Below are positions 19,553-27,453 of a DNA stretch of 64,000 nt, piece after piece. Every line of letters starts with the position of its first letter. The first letter of the stretch is position 1. The translations under genes and the position numbers were made by a program. The notes beneath the pieces are model-generated. The model saw nothing but the letters and a program-made list of their open reading frames with translations. It did no database searches and was not told where the DNA came from. Source of the DNA: Xanthobacteraceae bacterium (lineage in GTDB: Bacteria; Pseudomonadota; Alphaproteobacteria; Rhizobiales; Xanthobacteraceae); the NCBI GenBank assembly GCA_040901465.1, contig JBBDYN010000026.1:44380-108379 (forward strand), given 5' to 3'.

Positions 19553-19786
19553 TCAGGCACGATCACGCAATTCAGTCACACCCTCTTGCTCGGCGCAGTG
19601 GACGCAGCAATAGAAGGTCCCGTCCTTCTCGACGCCGTGGCCGATGATTCGGCACGAGCAGTGTGCGCAGGTGGGCGCGATTGCCTGGATCGCGCATTCG
19701 AAGCTGTCGAAGGTCCAGGTGCGTCCGCTCTTCATCACCTGAAACGTCTTGTCATAGTCATTTCCGCAATGGTCGCAGCGGGCCAT
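19553..19786 (-). CDS. Small cysteine-rich (probable metal-binding, zinc-ribbon-like) protein, 77 aa
   Basis: It starts at the ATG at 19786, preceded by GGGGAG. It has nine Cys: C4xxC7, C31, C40xxC43xC45 and C60C61xxC64. The two halves resemble each other. The N-terminal 42 codons of the ORF-track call have no support. Confidence 0.7.
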   Translation of the reverse strand: MARCDHCGNDYDKTFQVMKSGRTWTFDSFECAIQAIAPTCAHCSCRIIGHGVEKDGTFYCCVHCAEQEGVTELRDRA

Positions 19787-20059
19787 AGCTATCTCCCCAA
19801 TCGGGTGCGAGCGAGGTTCTGAGACCGTCCTGAAGCACAACGAGCGGCCCTCCTCCCGGGTTCCCCTTGCCCTTGAAATGCCGTGGGCGGCCGTATGAGC
19901 CCTTGAAGACACAGGAAAAAACCGACACTCTAGCCGTTGCAGCCGAGCCGTCCGGTTCGAGCACGACGGACATTGCGTCTAAAAAATCATCCTCAGCAGG
20001 GGGATCATCGCGTGGCAAACGGCAAGAGGCATTCCAGGGACGACCGGTCGGAATCGGAC

Positions 20060-20785
20060 ATGAAGCCGGCGGTCCTCATCGTCGGCGCCGACAAGGGCGG
20101 CGTCGGAAAGACCACGATCTCGCGCACCCTGCTCGACTATATGACCTCGCGAAATGTCCTCGCGCGCGCGTTCGACGCAGAATATCCGCGCGGGTCGCTC
20201 AAGCGGTTTCATCCCAACGTTACCGAAGTGATCGACATCACGGCGGTATCGGACCAGATGAAGATGCTCGACACGCTCGCGAGCAGCGAGCGCCGCGTCA
20301 GCATCGTCGACGTCCGCGCCGGGCAATTGTCGAACACGCTGCGCGCCTTCACCGACATCGGTTTCTTCGACGCCGTTCGCTCGGGCGAGTTCAAGTTCGC
20401 GCTGTTCCATATTCTCGGCCCGTCGGTCGCCTCGCTCGAGGAAATCGCGGACGTCATGCCCTACACGGGGGGCAAGAATTACTTCGCGGTGAAGAATTTC
20501 ATCAACGAGACCAGCTTCTTCGAGTGGGACCCGGCGGTTTATGACAGCTATTTCAAGAAGGCGAAGGGCGCGGTCGAGATGAACATCCCGAAGCTGAACG
20601 AGATGGCGTACGAGCAGGTCGATCTTTCGGGGGTGCCATTCTCGACCTTCATCAAGAACAAGAATGCGCAAGGCCACCTCGCGAGCAATTCGCTGGTGCT
20701 GCGGGGCTATGTCCGCACGTGGCTCAAACAAACCAGTGACGAGTTCGATCGCGTCGGGTTGATCGAACGGTTGACCGACGAATAG
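20060..20785 (+). CDS. ParA/MinD-superfamily P-loop ATPase, TraL-like (241 aa)
   Basis: It has a deviant Walker A (GADKGGVGKTT) at the extreme N-terminus and a Walker B-like SIVDVRAG. From memory, its length and motif order resemble IncP TraL. The start is taken at the ATG at 20060. Confidence 0.8.
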   Translation: MKPAVLIVGADKGGVGKTTISRTLLDYMTSRNVLARAFDAEYPRGSLKRFHPNVTEVIDITAVSDQMKMLDTLASSERRVSIVDVRAGQLSNTLRAFTDIGFFDAVRSGEFKFALFHILGPSVASLEEIADVMPYTGGKNYFAVKNFINETSFFEWDPAVYDSYFKKAKGAVEMNIPKLNEMAYEQVDLSGVPFSTFIKNKNAQGHLASNSLVLRGYVRTWLKQTSDEFDRVGLIERLTDE

Positions 20786-20855
20786 GCTCTCCGTTCGTCA
20801 GGAGGCCGCGCCCGGCGGTCGACGGAGTAAGTTGAGGTCGACGGTGCCGGACAAG

Positions 20856-21635
20856 ATGCACTGCATCATCGTCGCCTCGCCCCGGGGCCGCACCGGCAAG
20901 ACGCTGTTGGCGCGGCTGATCGTGGAGCATCTTTTGCTCGCCGGTGTGCCGCACGTCATTTTCGATACGGACGCGGTGGAACGCAAGCTTGCGAGCTTTT
21001 TCCCCGACAAGACCGTCGTCGTTGATCTCGATCGGGTACCCGATCAGATGAAGCTGTTCGATACCTTGGCGGCGCCGATGCGCATGACGCAGGTGATCGA
21101 TCTCACGCATCGCTCCTTCCGCAAATTCTTTTCGCTCATGCGCGACATCGACTTTGTGGCGGAGGCAAAGGCAAACGGGATCGAACCCGTCATCTTCTTC
21201 GTGCCCGACGGCGAAGTGGATTCCTATGAGCAAGGCATGGCGCTACGCGACCAGTTTCGCGACAGCGGCTTTGTGCTGGTGCGGAACGATGCATTGGGCG
21301 AGCCGAGCCGGGAGTCGCTGCGCAACTCGAGCTTCGCCGGCTTCGTCTCGCACACGCCGCGCATGGTGCTGCCGCGGCTGGATACGTTTTTCCTGACGGC
21401 CATCGGGGACCCGAAATTGTCGCTCAGCGATTTCATGCGGCGCTCGCTCGCGCGCGAGGCCCCGTCCCGACTTGCGCCGGATCAGATGTCGATCGCCTAC
21501 CTGTCGCGCGAGGCGCGCGCCGGGATTACCGTCTGGCTGCAGGCCGCCTTCAACGAGATCCGGCGTGTCCTGCAGGAGGCCGATATTCGCCGGGACATCC
21601 TGGCTCAGGAACGGCCCACCGCCGAGGGCGAGTGA
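20856..21635 (+). CDS. Paralog of the preceding P-loop protein with a degenerate Walker A (259 aa)
   Basis: It aligns along its length with the 20060-20785 product (VVDLDRVPDQMKLFDTLA vs VIDITAVSDQMKMLDTLA; LPRLDT vs IPKLNE; VWLQAAFNEIRRV vs TWLKQTSDEFDRV). Its P-loop is SPRGRTGKT, so the signature Lys is lost. Confidence 0.7.
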   Translation: MHCIIVASPRGRTGKTLLARLIVEHLLLAGVPHVIFDTDAVERKLASFFPDKTVVVDLDRVPDQMKLFDTLAAPMRMTQVIDLTHRSFRKFFSLMRDIDFVAEAKANGIEPVIFFVPDGEVDSYEQGMALRDQFRDSGFVLVRNDALGEPSRESLRNSSFAGFVSHTPRMVLPRLDTFFLTAIGDPKLSLSDFMRRSLAREAPSRLAPDQMSIAYLSREARAGITVWLQAAFNEIRRVLQEADIRRDILAQERPTAEGE

Positions 21636-21709
21636 CGCGTAGGCCGTATCCGCCGCGCCCAAATTCGTGATACCGAAAGGCGCTTTCCAGCCTCGCCCAG
21701 GAGCGCGCC

Positions 21710-22714
21710 GTGGCCGAACAAGACCCCATTCTCGACATCGCCCACCTTGGCCACGTGGAGCTGCTCACGCCGAAGCCGGACGAGAGCCTCAAGTTCTTTG
21801 TCGACATCTGGGGCATGACGGAATCCGGCCGCAAGGGCGATTCCGTCTATCTGCGCGCCTGGGACGATTATGAGCGTCATACCCTCAAACTTACTGCCGC
21901 TAAGCAGCCGGGCATGGGGCATTTCGCATTCCGCGCGCGCAGCAAGGCAGCGCTCGGGCGGCGGGTGCAGGTGCTGGAAGCGGCCGGCGCCGGGCTCGGC
22001 TGGACCGAGGGCGATCTCGGGCACGGGCCGGCGTACCTCTTCCAGAATCCCGACGGCCACAAGATGGAGCTCTATTACGAGACCGAATGGTACTCGCCGC
22101 CCGCGGCGCTCAAGCCCGCGCTCAAGAACCAGGCGCAGAAATTTCCCGGACGCGGCGTGAACGTGCGGCGGCTCGACCACCTCAATCTGCTCGCGAGCGA
22201 CGTCACGCCGGTGCGCAGGTTCATGGAGGATTGCCTCGGAATGCGCCTCACCGAGCAGATCGTCCTCGATAGCGGAATCGAGGCCGGCGCGTGGGTGACG
22301 GCAACCAACAAGAGCTATGACGTGGCGATCGCGCGCGATCACACCGGCATGCGCGGACGCTTCCACCATTTCACCTATGCGATGGACAGCCGCGAGGAGA
22401 TTCTACGCGCCGCCGATATTTACCTGGAGAATGGCGTCTTCATCGAGACCGGGCCGCACAAGCACGCGATCCAGCAGACCTTCTTTTTGTATGCCTATGA
22501 GCCGGGCGGCAACCGCGTGGAGATCGCGAACGCGGGCGCGCGGCTGATCCTTGCGCCGGATTGGAAAACGATCGTGTGGACCGAAACCGAACGCAAGAAA
22601 GGCCAGGCGTGGGGGCTCAAGACCGTCGAGACGTTCCACACCTACGGCACGCCGCCGGTCGAGCGTTCCTCGACGGAAGCGCCAAAGCCCACGGCGAAGA
22701 CCGGGCGTAGCTGA
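21710..22714 (+). CDS. Extradiol ring-cleavage dioxygenase (catechol 2,3-dioxygenase-like, VOC superfamily)
   Basis: 334 aa with two VOC modules (HLGHVELLTP..., RLDHLNLLASDV...) and the FHHFTY / GPHKH patterns typical of type I extradiol dioxygenases. Confidence 0.85.
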   Translation: MAEQDPILDIAHLGHVELLTPKPDESLKFFVDIWGMTESGRKGDSVYLRAWDDYERHTLKLTAAKQPGMGHFAFRARSKAALGRRVQVLEAAGAGLGWTEGDLGHGPAYLFQNPDGHKMELYYETEWYSPPAALKPALKNQAQKFPGRGVNVRRLDHLNLLASDVTPVRRFMEDCLGMRLTEQIVLDSGIEAGAWVTATNKSYDVAIARDHTGMRGRFHHFTYAMDSREEILRAADIYLENGVFIETGPHKHAIQQTFFLYAYEPGGNRVEIANAGARLILAPDWKTIVWTETERKKGQAWGLKTVETFHTYGTPPVERSSTEAPKPTAKTGRS

Positions 22715-22715
22715 G

Positions 22716-23921
22716 CTAAACGAGTTCGGCCACCTGGCGGGCCACGACATCAGCGGGATCGGTTTCAAGCCGCTTGGCGAAGCCGGGCGCTAGGGCCCGC
22801 GCGCTTGCGGCCAGCGCCTCGTCGTGCAGCGCCTCGACGATCGCCTGGCCCAACAAGGCGCCCTCGAGCGGATTGTCGCGGCTGGTCCGAAACGAGCGAC
22901 CCGCGCCAGTGCGCTGCACCGCGTCGCCGATGAGGCGTTTCTCGAGGTCTGTGGGGATGATCGCCTGGGCGATTCCTGCCGCGAGCGATGCCGATGCGAT
23001 GCCGCAACTGCCGTGCGAAACAATCAGTCGGGAACGCGCGGCAATCTGGCCGAACGGAACCGGCATCCGCTCCACGGAGACACCCGCCGCGGCAAGCCAT
23101 CGCTCGATGCCGGCGTCAAGATTGGGAACATGGAGCCGGACTGTCCTTTCGGTACGGACCACATGTTCGATTGAAGCGATGACGGCCGGAAATGCGGCGA
23201 TTGTCTCAGCGAAATAAACGAAAATCTCCGATCCGCCCGACGGCGTTGCACGATCCCAGCTCGGCACGAAAGGCGCAGCGTAAGTTCCGTCGCGTTCCCG
23301 TGCGTAAGGGTCGAGCTCGGCGAAGGTCGCCACGATCGCCGCATCTGCGGCGAAGATCGCGGGCAGCCGGTCGAGCGCTTGGCGGCCAAGCCGGTGCAGA
23401 GCCACGTTCACGGCGGCGAGAAGGCTCTCCTCTTCATACTTCCGCACGCTGTCGCCGCCCGCCAATATCGCGAAAGCTCGGGCGGTCGCAGGCGGTGCAG
23501 TGTACCCCGTCCCTACTGCGACCGAGGGGACACGACCGCGTGCCGCGAGCAAACAGGCGGGCGCGAAATCGGCGACGACTGCGGCCGGCTTGATGCGTGC
23601 GAATAGCTGTTCCCAACCGCGCACCAAGTATTCGAGCACTGCCGGTTGGCGCAAGCCGAGATCGGCAAGCGAATCGCCAAGGGTCGTCCGTGGTACTTGC
23701 GCGCCTTGCAGAGCGTTGCCGAACAATCCCGGCCACACCGGGGCCTGAAAGAATGCTTGGCTGCCGACTTCGGATTGGATCGCTTGCAATGCATCCAGAC
23801 GCTGGACCGCGAAGGCTGGTTCGAAGCCTACCCGCCGCAATGCAGCCGAAATGGACGCGAGCCGAAGCACATGCCCGCGACCGCCACCGAGTTCCCAGGC
23901 CAAAAGGATTGGCTGCGGCAT
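22716..23921 (-). CDS. GT1-family (MGT/UDP-glycosyltransferase-like) glycosyltransferase
   Basis: 401 aa. The N-terminus is GGGRGHVLRL and the C-terminal nucleotide-sugar motif is VSHGSCGIASASLAAGIAQAIIP. Confidence 0.75.
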   Translation of the reverse strand: MPQPILLAWELGGGRGHVLRLASISAALRRVGFEPAFAVQRLDALQAIQSEVGSQAFFQAPVWPGLFGNALQGAQVPRTTLGDSLADLGLRQPAVLEYLVRGWEQLFARIKPAAVVADFAPACLLAARGRVPSVAVGTGYTAPPATARAFAILAGGDSVRKYEEESLLAAVNVALHRLGRQALDRLPAIFAADAAIVATFAELDPYARERDGTYAAPFVPSWDRATPSGGSEIFVYFAETIAAFPAVIASIEHVVRTERTVRLHVPNLDAGIERWLAAAGVSVERMPVPFGQIAARSRLIVSHGSCGIASASLAAGIAQAIIPTDLEKRLIGDAVQRTGAGRSFRTSRDNPLEGALLGQAIVEALHDEALAASARALAPGFAKRLETDPADVVARQVAELV

Positions 23922-24141
23922 GCGGCGTTCCGTTGGGTCCCATCGCCTTGGTCAGACTAGGTTCTTAGCCCGGCGAGCGGTCCTTGCCCAACACCGTGGC
24001 TTTGCAGCCACAGCGCGGGGTCCTCACGACGAGTGGGAATGGAGGGGCGCTGGACGCATGGATTCGCCCATGTCCCTCATGGTAATGATGATGGCTCCGG
24101 GGATGGCGCGCGCTGGATTCCATCCCGAGCGGGAGTTATCG

Positions 24142-24867
24142 ATGGCAGTGAGCCGCTGGTTGGGAACAGTCTCGTCCTTCGTGCTGACGGCGTTCTTCGC
24201 CTCGCACGGCGCTTCGGCGCAAAACGGATCGAAAATCGGGGTTGCGTCGGCGGCGAAGAATCGGGTCGACGGAACCGTCGGCGGCACCACACGGCCCCTT
24301 TCGGCCGGCAGTAACATATTCGCCCGCGAGGTGGTGCGTACCGGCGAGCAGAGCTCGGCCCAGCTTCTCTTCCTCGACGAAACCAGCCTTTCGATCGGGC
24401 CGCAATCGGAAGTGACGCTCGACCGTTTTGTATTCGATCCGAACCGGGGCGCGGGCAACGTGGTCGTCAATGTATCGCGCGGTGCGTTGCGCTTCGTATC
24501 CGGCTCGCAACAGTCGAGCAGCTATCAAATCAAGACGCCGGTCGCGACCATCGGCGTGCGCGGCACGCTCTTCCAAGTCTATGTGACATTTGCCGCATCC
24601 GGTCAGCCGGTTGTGTACCTGCTTTGGGTGGAAGGAACAGGTCCCGTTAATTACGCCGGAAAAACGATCAATATGGGTCCCGGGCAGGGATTGGTTCTGA
24701 CGAACAGCGGAATTCAGGGTCCGTTTGCCTGGCCCTGGAGCGCTCACCTCACGGACATGCGTGGCCAACTTCTTGATTTGGCGCAAATCCCTGACTCTGC
24801 CGCCGATTTGCGCGACCAGTTGTTCGGCACCGGCGGCCCGCCGCCCGATGTCGGTTACGGCAACTAA
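24142..24867 (+). CDS. Secreted FecR-domain protein
   Basis: It starts at the ATG at 24142 and has a signal peptide (VSSFVLTAFFASHGASA). A FecR-like beta region follows (VRTGEQSSAQLLFLDETSLSIGPQSEVTLDRF...GALRFVSG). The ORF-track N-terminal extension is unsupported. Confidence 0.7.
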   Translation: MAVSRWLGTVSSFVLTAFFASHGASAQNGSKIGVASAAKNRVDGTVGGTTRPLSAGSNIFAREVVRTGEQSSAQLLFLDETSLSIGPQSEVTLDRFVFDPNRGAGNVVVNVSRGALRFVSGSQQSSSYQIKTPVATIGVRGTLFQVYVTFAASGQPVVYLLWVEGTGPVNYAGKTINMGPGQGLVLTNSGIQGPFAWPWSAHLTDMRGQLLDLAQIPDSAADLRDQLFGTGGPPPDVGYGN

Positions 24868-24895
24868 GGCTCGCGCGAACCAACCGCGTCGATTT

Positions 24896-25846
24896 TCAGC
24901 GACCGGCAAACGCAGCCTCTGGTCGTACCTCGCCGAAATTCGGCGCCGGTGAGCCGGTCGGCGCCAGCGTATTGAGATGGCGCGGGATGATGAGGCGCTG
25001 TCCGACCGAAATCGCTTCGTCGTCGGAGATATTGCTTGCCTGCACGATCGCCCAGGCCGGCACCCCGTAAAGATTTGCCAAAGACTGCACGGTCTGTCCC
25101 GGCTCGAGCGTCACCGGCAACCCTCCGTCCCAGAGCTCGATCGGCGCCTTGGTCGGCACGACGTACTTGATTGAAACCATCTGCGCCGGCGACACCGGCT
25201 CCGGGAACGCGACCACTTGCAGAACCTTGGCGATCACTTCCTGCTGCAACCGGCGCGACTTGTCGATGTTCATGTGGCCGATCTCGAAGTGGTTGCGCAG
25301 ATCGACGTTGATGAGCTGGCCGCGGAAATCGCCCGTCGGATGAATCTGCCCGCCGCCGAGAATATTGGTGGCCTGATATAGATTGATGTAGCGCTGGACG
25401 TTGGAGGGCACGTTGCTCGCGAAGCGCGTGGGATCGTAGCCGACGATGAGCGCGACCGGCACTCCCTTCTCCTTCAGCCGGTAGGCCATGCTGATCGCCA
25501 CATCGGCGCCATTGGAATGACCGATCAGCACGATCGGCCATTTTTCCGGATCGGATTTGTAAAGCTTGACCGCCTCGTCGGCGAGTTCGCTCCCCTCGCC
25601 GTGGCGGTGCGCACTCGCCGTGGTGCCGCGGCGATTGAGCTCGTCGGCGAGCTCGGTCATGCCGCCGGACCAGATGTGGCCGATCCCGCGCAGAATGTAG
25701 ACGCGGCCGGGCAAGCGCGGCGCTGAACGGTCGGAGGTGTCGGCGTAGCCGGTGAGGCCCGTGATGTCGATGAACCCGATTCCGGCGCAGCCCGCGAGCC
25801 ACGAGGCAAGCAAAGCGATGCCGGCAACACGCAACATACTCAGCAT
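24896..25846 (-). CDS. Lipoprotein with an alpha/beta-hydrolase-like domain and a C-terminal LysM domain
   Basis: It has a lipobox (LLASWLAGC), a nucleophile-elbow-like IGHSNG, and a C-terminal LysM (VTLEPGQTVQSLANLYGVPAWAIVQASNI...GQRLIIP). The start is at ATG 25846. Confidence 0.8.
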   Translation of the reverse strand: MLSMLRVAGIALLASWLAGCAGIGFIDITGLTGYADTSDRSAPRLPGRVYILRGIGHIWSGGMTELADELNRRGTTASAHRHGEGSELADEAVKLYKSDPEKWPIVLIGHSNGADVAISMAYRLKEKGVPVALIVGYDPTRFASNVPSNVQRYINLYQATNILGGGQIHPTGDFRGQLINVDLRNHFEIGHMNIDKSRRLQQEVIAKVLQVVAFPEPVSPAQMVSIKYVVPTKAPIELWDGGLPVTLEPGQTVQSLANLYGVPAWAIVQASNISDDEAISVGQRLIIPRHLNTLAPTGSPAPNFGEVRPEAAFAGR

Positions 25847-26081
25847 CGCGTCCCGCCGCCTCCTATGCCCCCCGCGCGCCAACCCTCGGGCACGAGGCAC
25901 TTTGTCCCTGGCGGTGCCGTCGTTGAGGCCGACGGATGCCTTGGACTTCCCCTCTGCAAGGATACTCAGAATGGTTAAAATTGACTTTCCGGGGGCCCGT
26001 TTGCGGCGCTCGCAGGGCGCGACGACGCGGCGGAATGCGCGTCCTTGACCCTATGACGGCCATTGTCCATTGCTGCGCCGC

Positions 26082-27396
26082 ATGAGCGCGACCGCACCCC
26101 TATCCGAAGCTGAAACGCGCGCGGTCGAAGCCGCGCCGTCGGTTTCATTCGTGTCGCTCGGGTGTCCGAAGGCGCTCGTCGATTACGCGCGAGCATGCGG
26201 GCGCCGACGTGGTCGTCGTGAACACATGTGGGTTTCTCGACAGCGCGAAGGCCGAGAGCCTTGCCGCAATCGGCGACGCACTGAAGGAGAACGGCCGCGT
26301 GATCGTCACGGGTTGCCTCGGCGCCGAGCCGGAGACGATCCGCGCGGCGCATCCGAACGTGCTCGCGGTCACGGGCCCGCACCAATACGAGCAGGTGGTG
26401 ACGGCCATCCACGACGTGGTGCCGCCCATGCACGATCCGTTTCTCGATCTCGTGCCCGAGCAAGGGATCAAGCTCACGCCGCGGCACTACGCCTATTTGA
26501 AGATTTCCGAGGGCTGCAACAACCGGTGCTCGTTCTGCATCATTCCCAACTTGCGCGGCGATCTCGTGAGCCGGCCCGCGGCCGAGGTGTTGCGCGAGGC
26601 CGAGCGGCTAGTCGCCGCCGGCGTCAAGGAACTGCTCGTGATCTCGCAGGATACTTCTGCCTACGGCATCGACATCAAATACGCGCCGAGCCGCTGGCGC
26701 CAGCGCGAGGTGCGGGCGAACTTCCTCGATCTGTCCGTTGCGCTCGGCGAACTCGGCGCGTGAGTGCGGCTGCACTATGTCTACCCCTATCCGCACGTGG
26801 ACGAAGTGATTCCCCTGATGGCGGAGGGAAAAATCCCTCCTTATCTCGACGTGCCGTTCCAACACGGCAGCCCGGCTGTGCTGAAACGTATGCGGCGGCC
26901 AGCCGCGCAGGAGAAGACGCTCACGCGCATCGCGTGCTGGCGCGAGCTGTGCCCGGAAATCACGATCCGCTCGACTTTCATCGTCGGCTTCCCCGGCGAA
27001 ACCGATGGGGAATTCTCCGAGCTGCTTGCGTTCCTAGAGGAGGCGCAGCTCGATCGGGTGGCATGCTTCAAGTACGAGCCGGTGCGCGGAGCGGAGGCGA
27101 ATGCCATCGAGCTGCCGGTGCCGGACGAGGTCAAGGTGCAGCGCTACGCGCGCTTCATGGAACTGCAGCAGAAAATCAGCGCGAAGAAGCTACGTGGCAA
27201 GGTCGGCAGGCGCGAGAAGGTCATCATCGATCGAGTTGCAAATGGCGGGGCGATCGGCCGAACGCGCGGCGACGCGCCGGAAATCGACGGCACGGTGCAG
27301 GTACGCGCGCACAGGCCCAAGGTTGGCGAGATCGTAATCGTGAGGATCGAGCGCGCGGATGCGTACGATGTGCATGGCACTGTCGTCGGATTCTGA
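26082..27396 (+). pseudogene. rimO: rimO (ribosomal protein S12 methylthiotransferase) disrupted by a frameshifting deletion and an in-frame TGA
   Basis: The N-terminal motif [12 protein letters not shown] (frame of 26082) and [13 protein letters not shown] (frame of 26209) lie in different frames, and the linker between them is far too short. The radical-SAM motif CNNRCSFC is intact. A TGA at 26761-26763 replaces the Trp of the conserved G-W[10 protein letters not shown] block. Confidence 0.75.
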
Positions 27397-27413
27397 ACGC
27401 GCCTGAATAGCGT

Positions 27414-27444
27414 CGTCATGGCCGGGACAAGGCCGGGCATGACG
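27414..27444. terminator. GC-rich hairpin between convergent rimO and the M20 peptidase gene (possible bidirectional terminator, no U-tract)
   Basis: CGTCATG-G-CCGG / CCGG-G-CATGACG forms an 11-bp stem with one mismatch and a 7-nt loop. It lies 18 nt after the rimO stop and 10 nt after the convergent stop. Confidence 0.35.
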
Positions 27445-27453
27445 GGTTAGAAT

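Noticed and set aside
17565-21700. Calling the segment a bona fide genomic island or integrative element.
   Set aside because: There is no integrase, excisionase or relaxase. I could not find a second copy of the tRNA-Ser 3' end by eye. I report it only as an accessory-looking patch.
26761-26763. The idea that TGA is reassigned to Trp (genetic code 4-like), as in some reduced alphaproteobacteria.
   Set aside because: Many well-supported genes in this window terminate at TGA at the expected protein ends, for example ntrY, ntrX and tmk, and several TGA stops sit in start/stop overlaps. TGA is therefore a normal stop here.
26070-27410. A 446-aa ORF spanning the whole rimO locus in a single frame.
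   Set aside because: Apart from its first ~40 codons, which coincide with the genuine rimO N-terminus, the ORF runs off frame relative to every conserved RimO motif. Its product is Arg-rich low-complexity sequence. The real gene is the disrupted rimO described in the findings.
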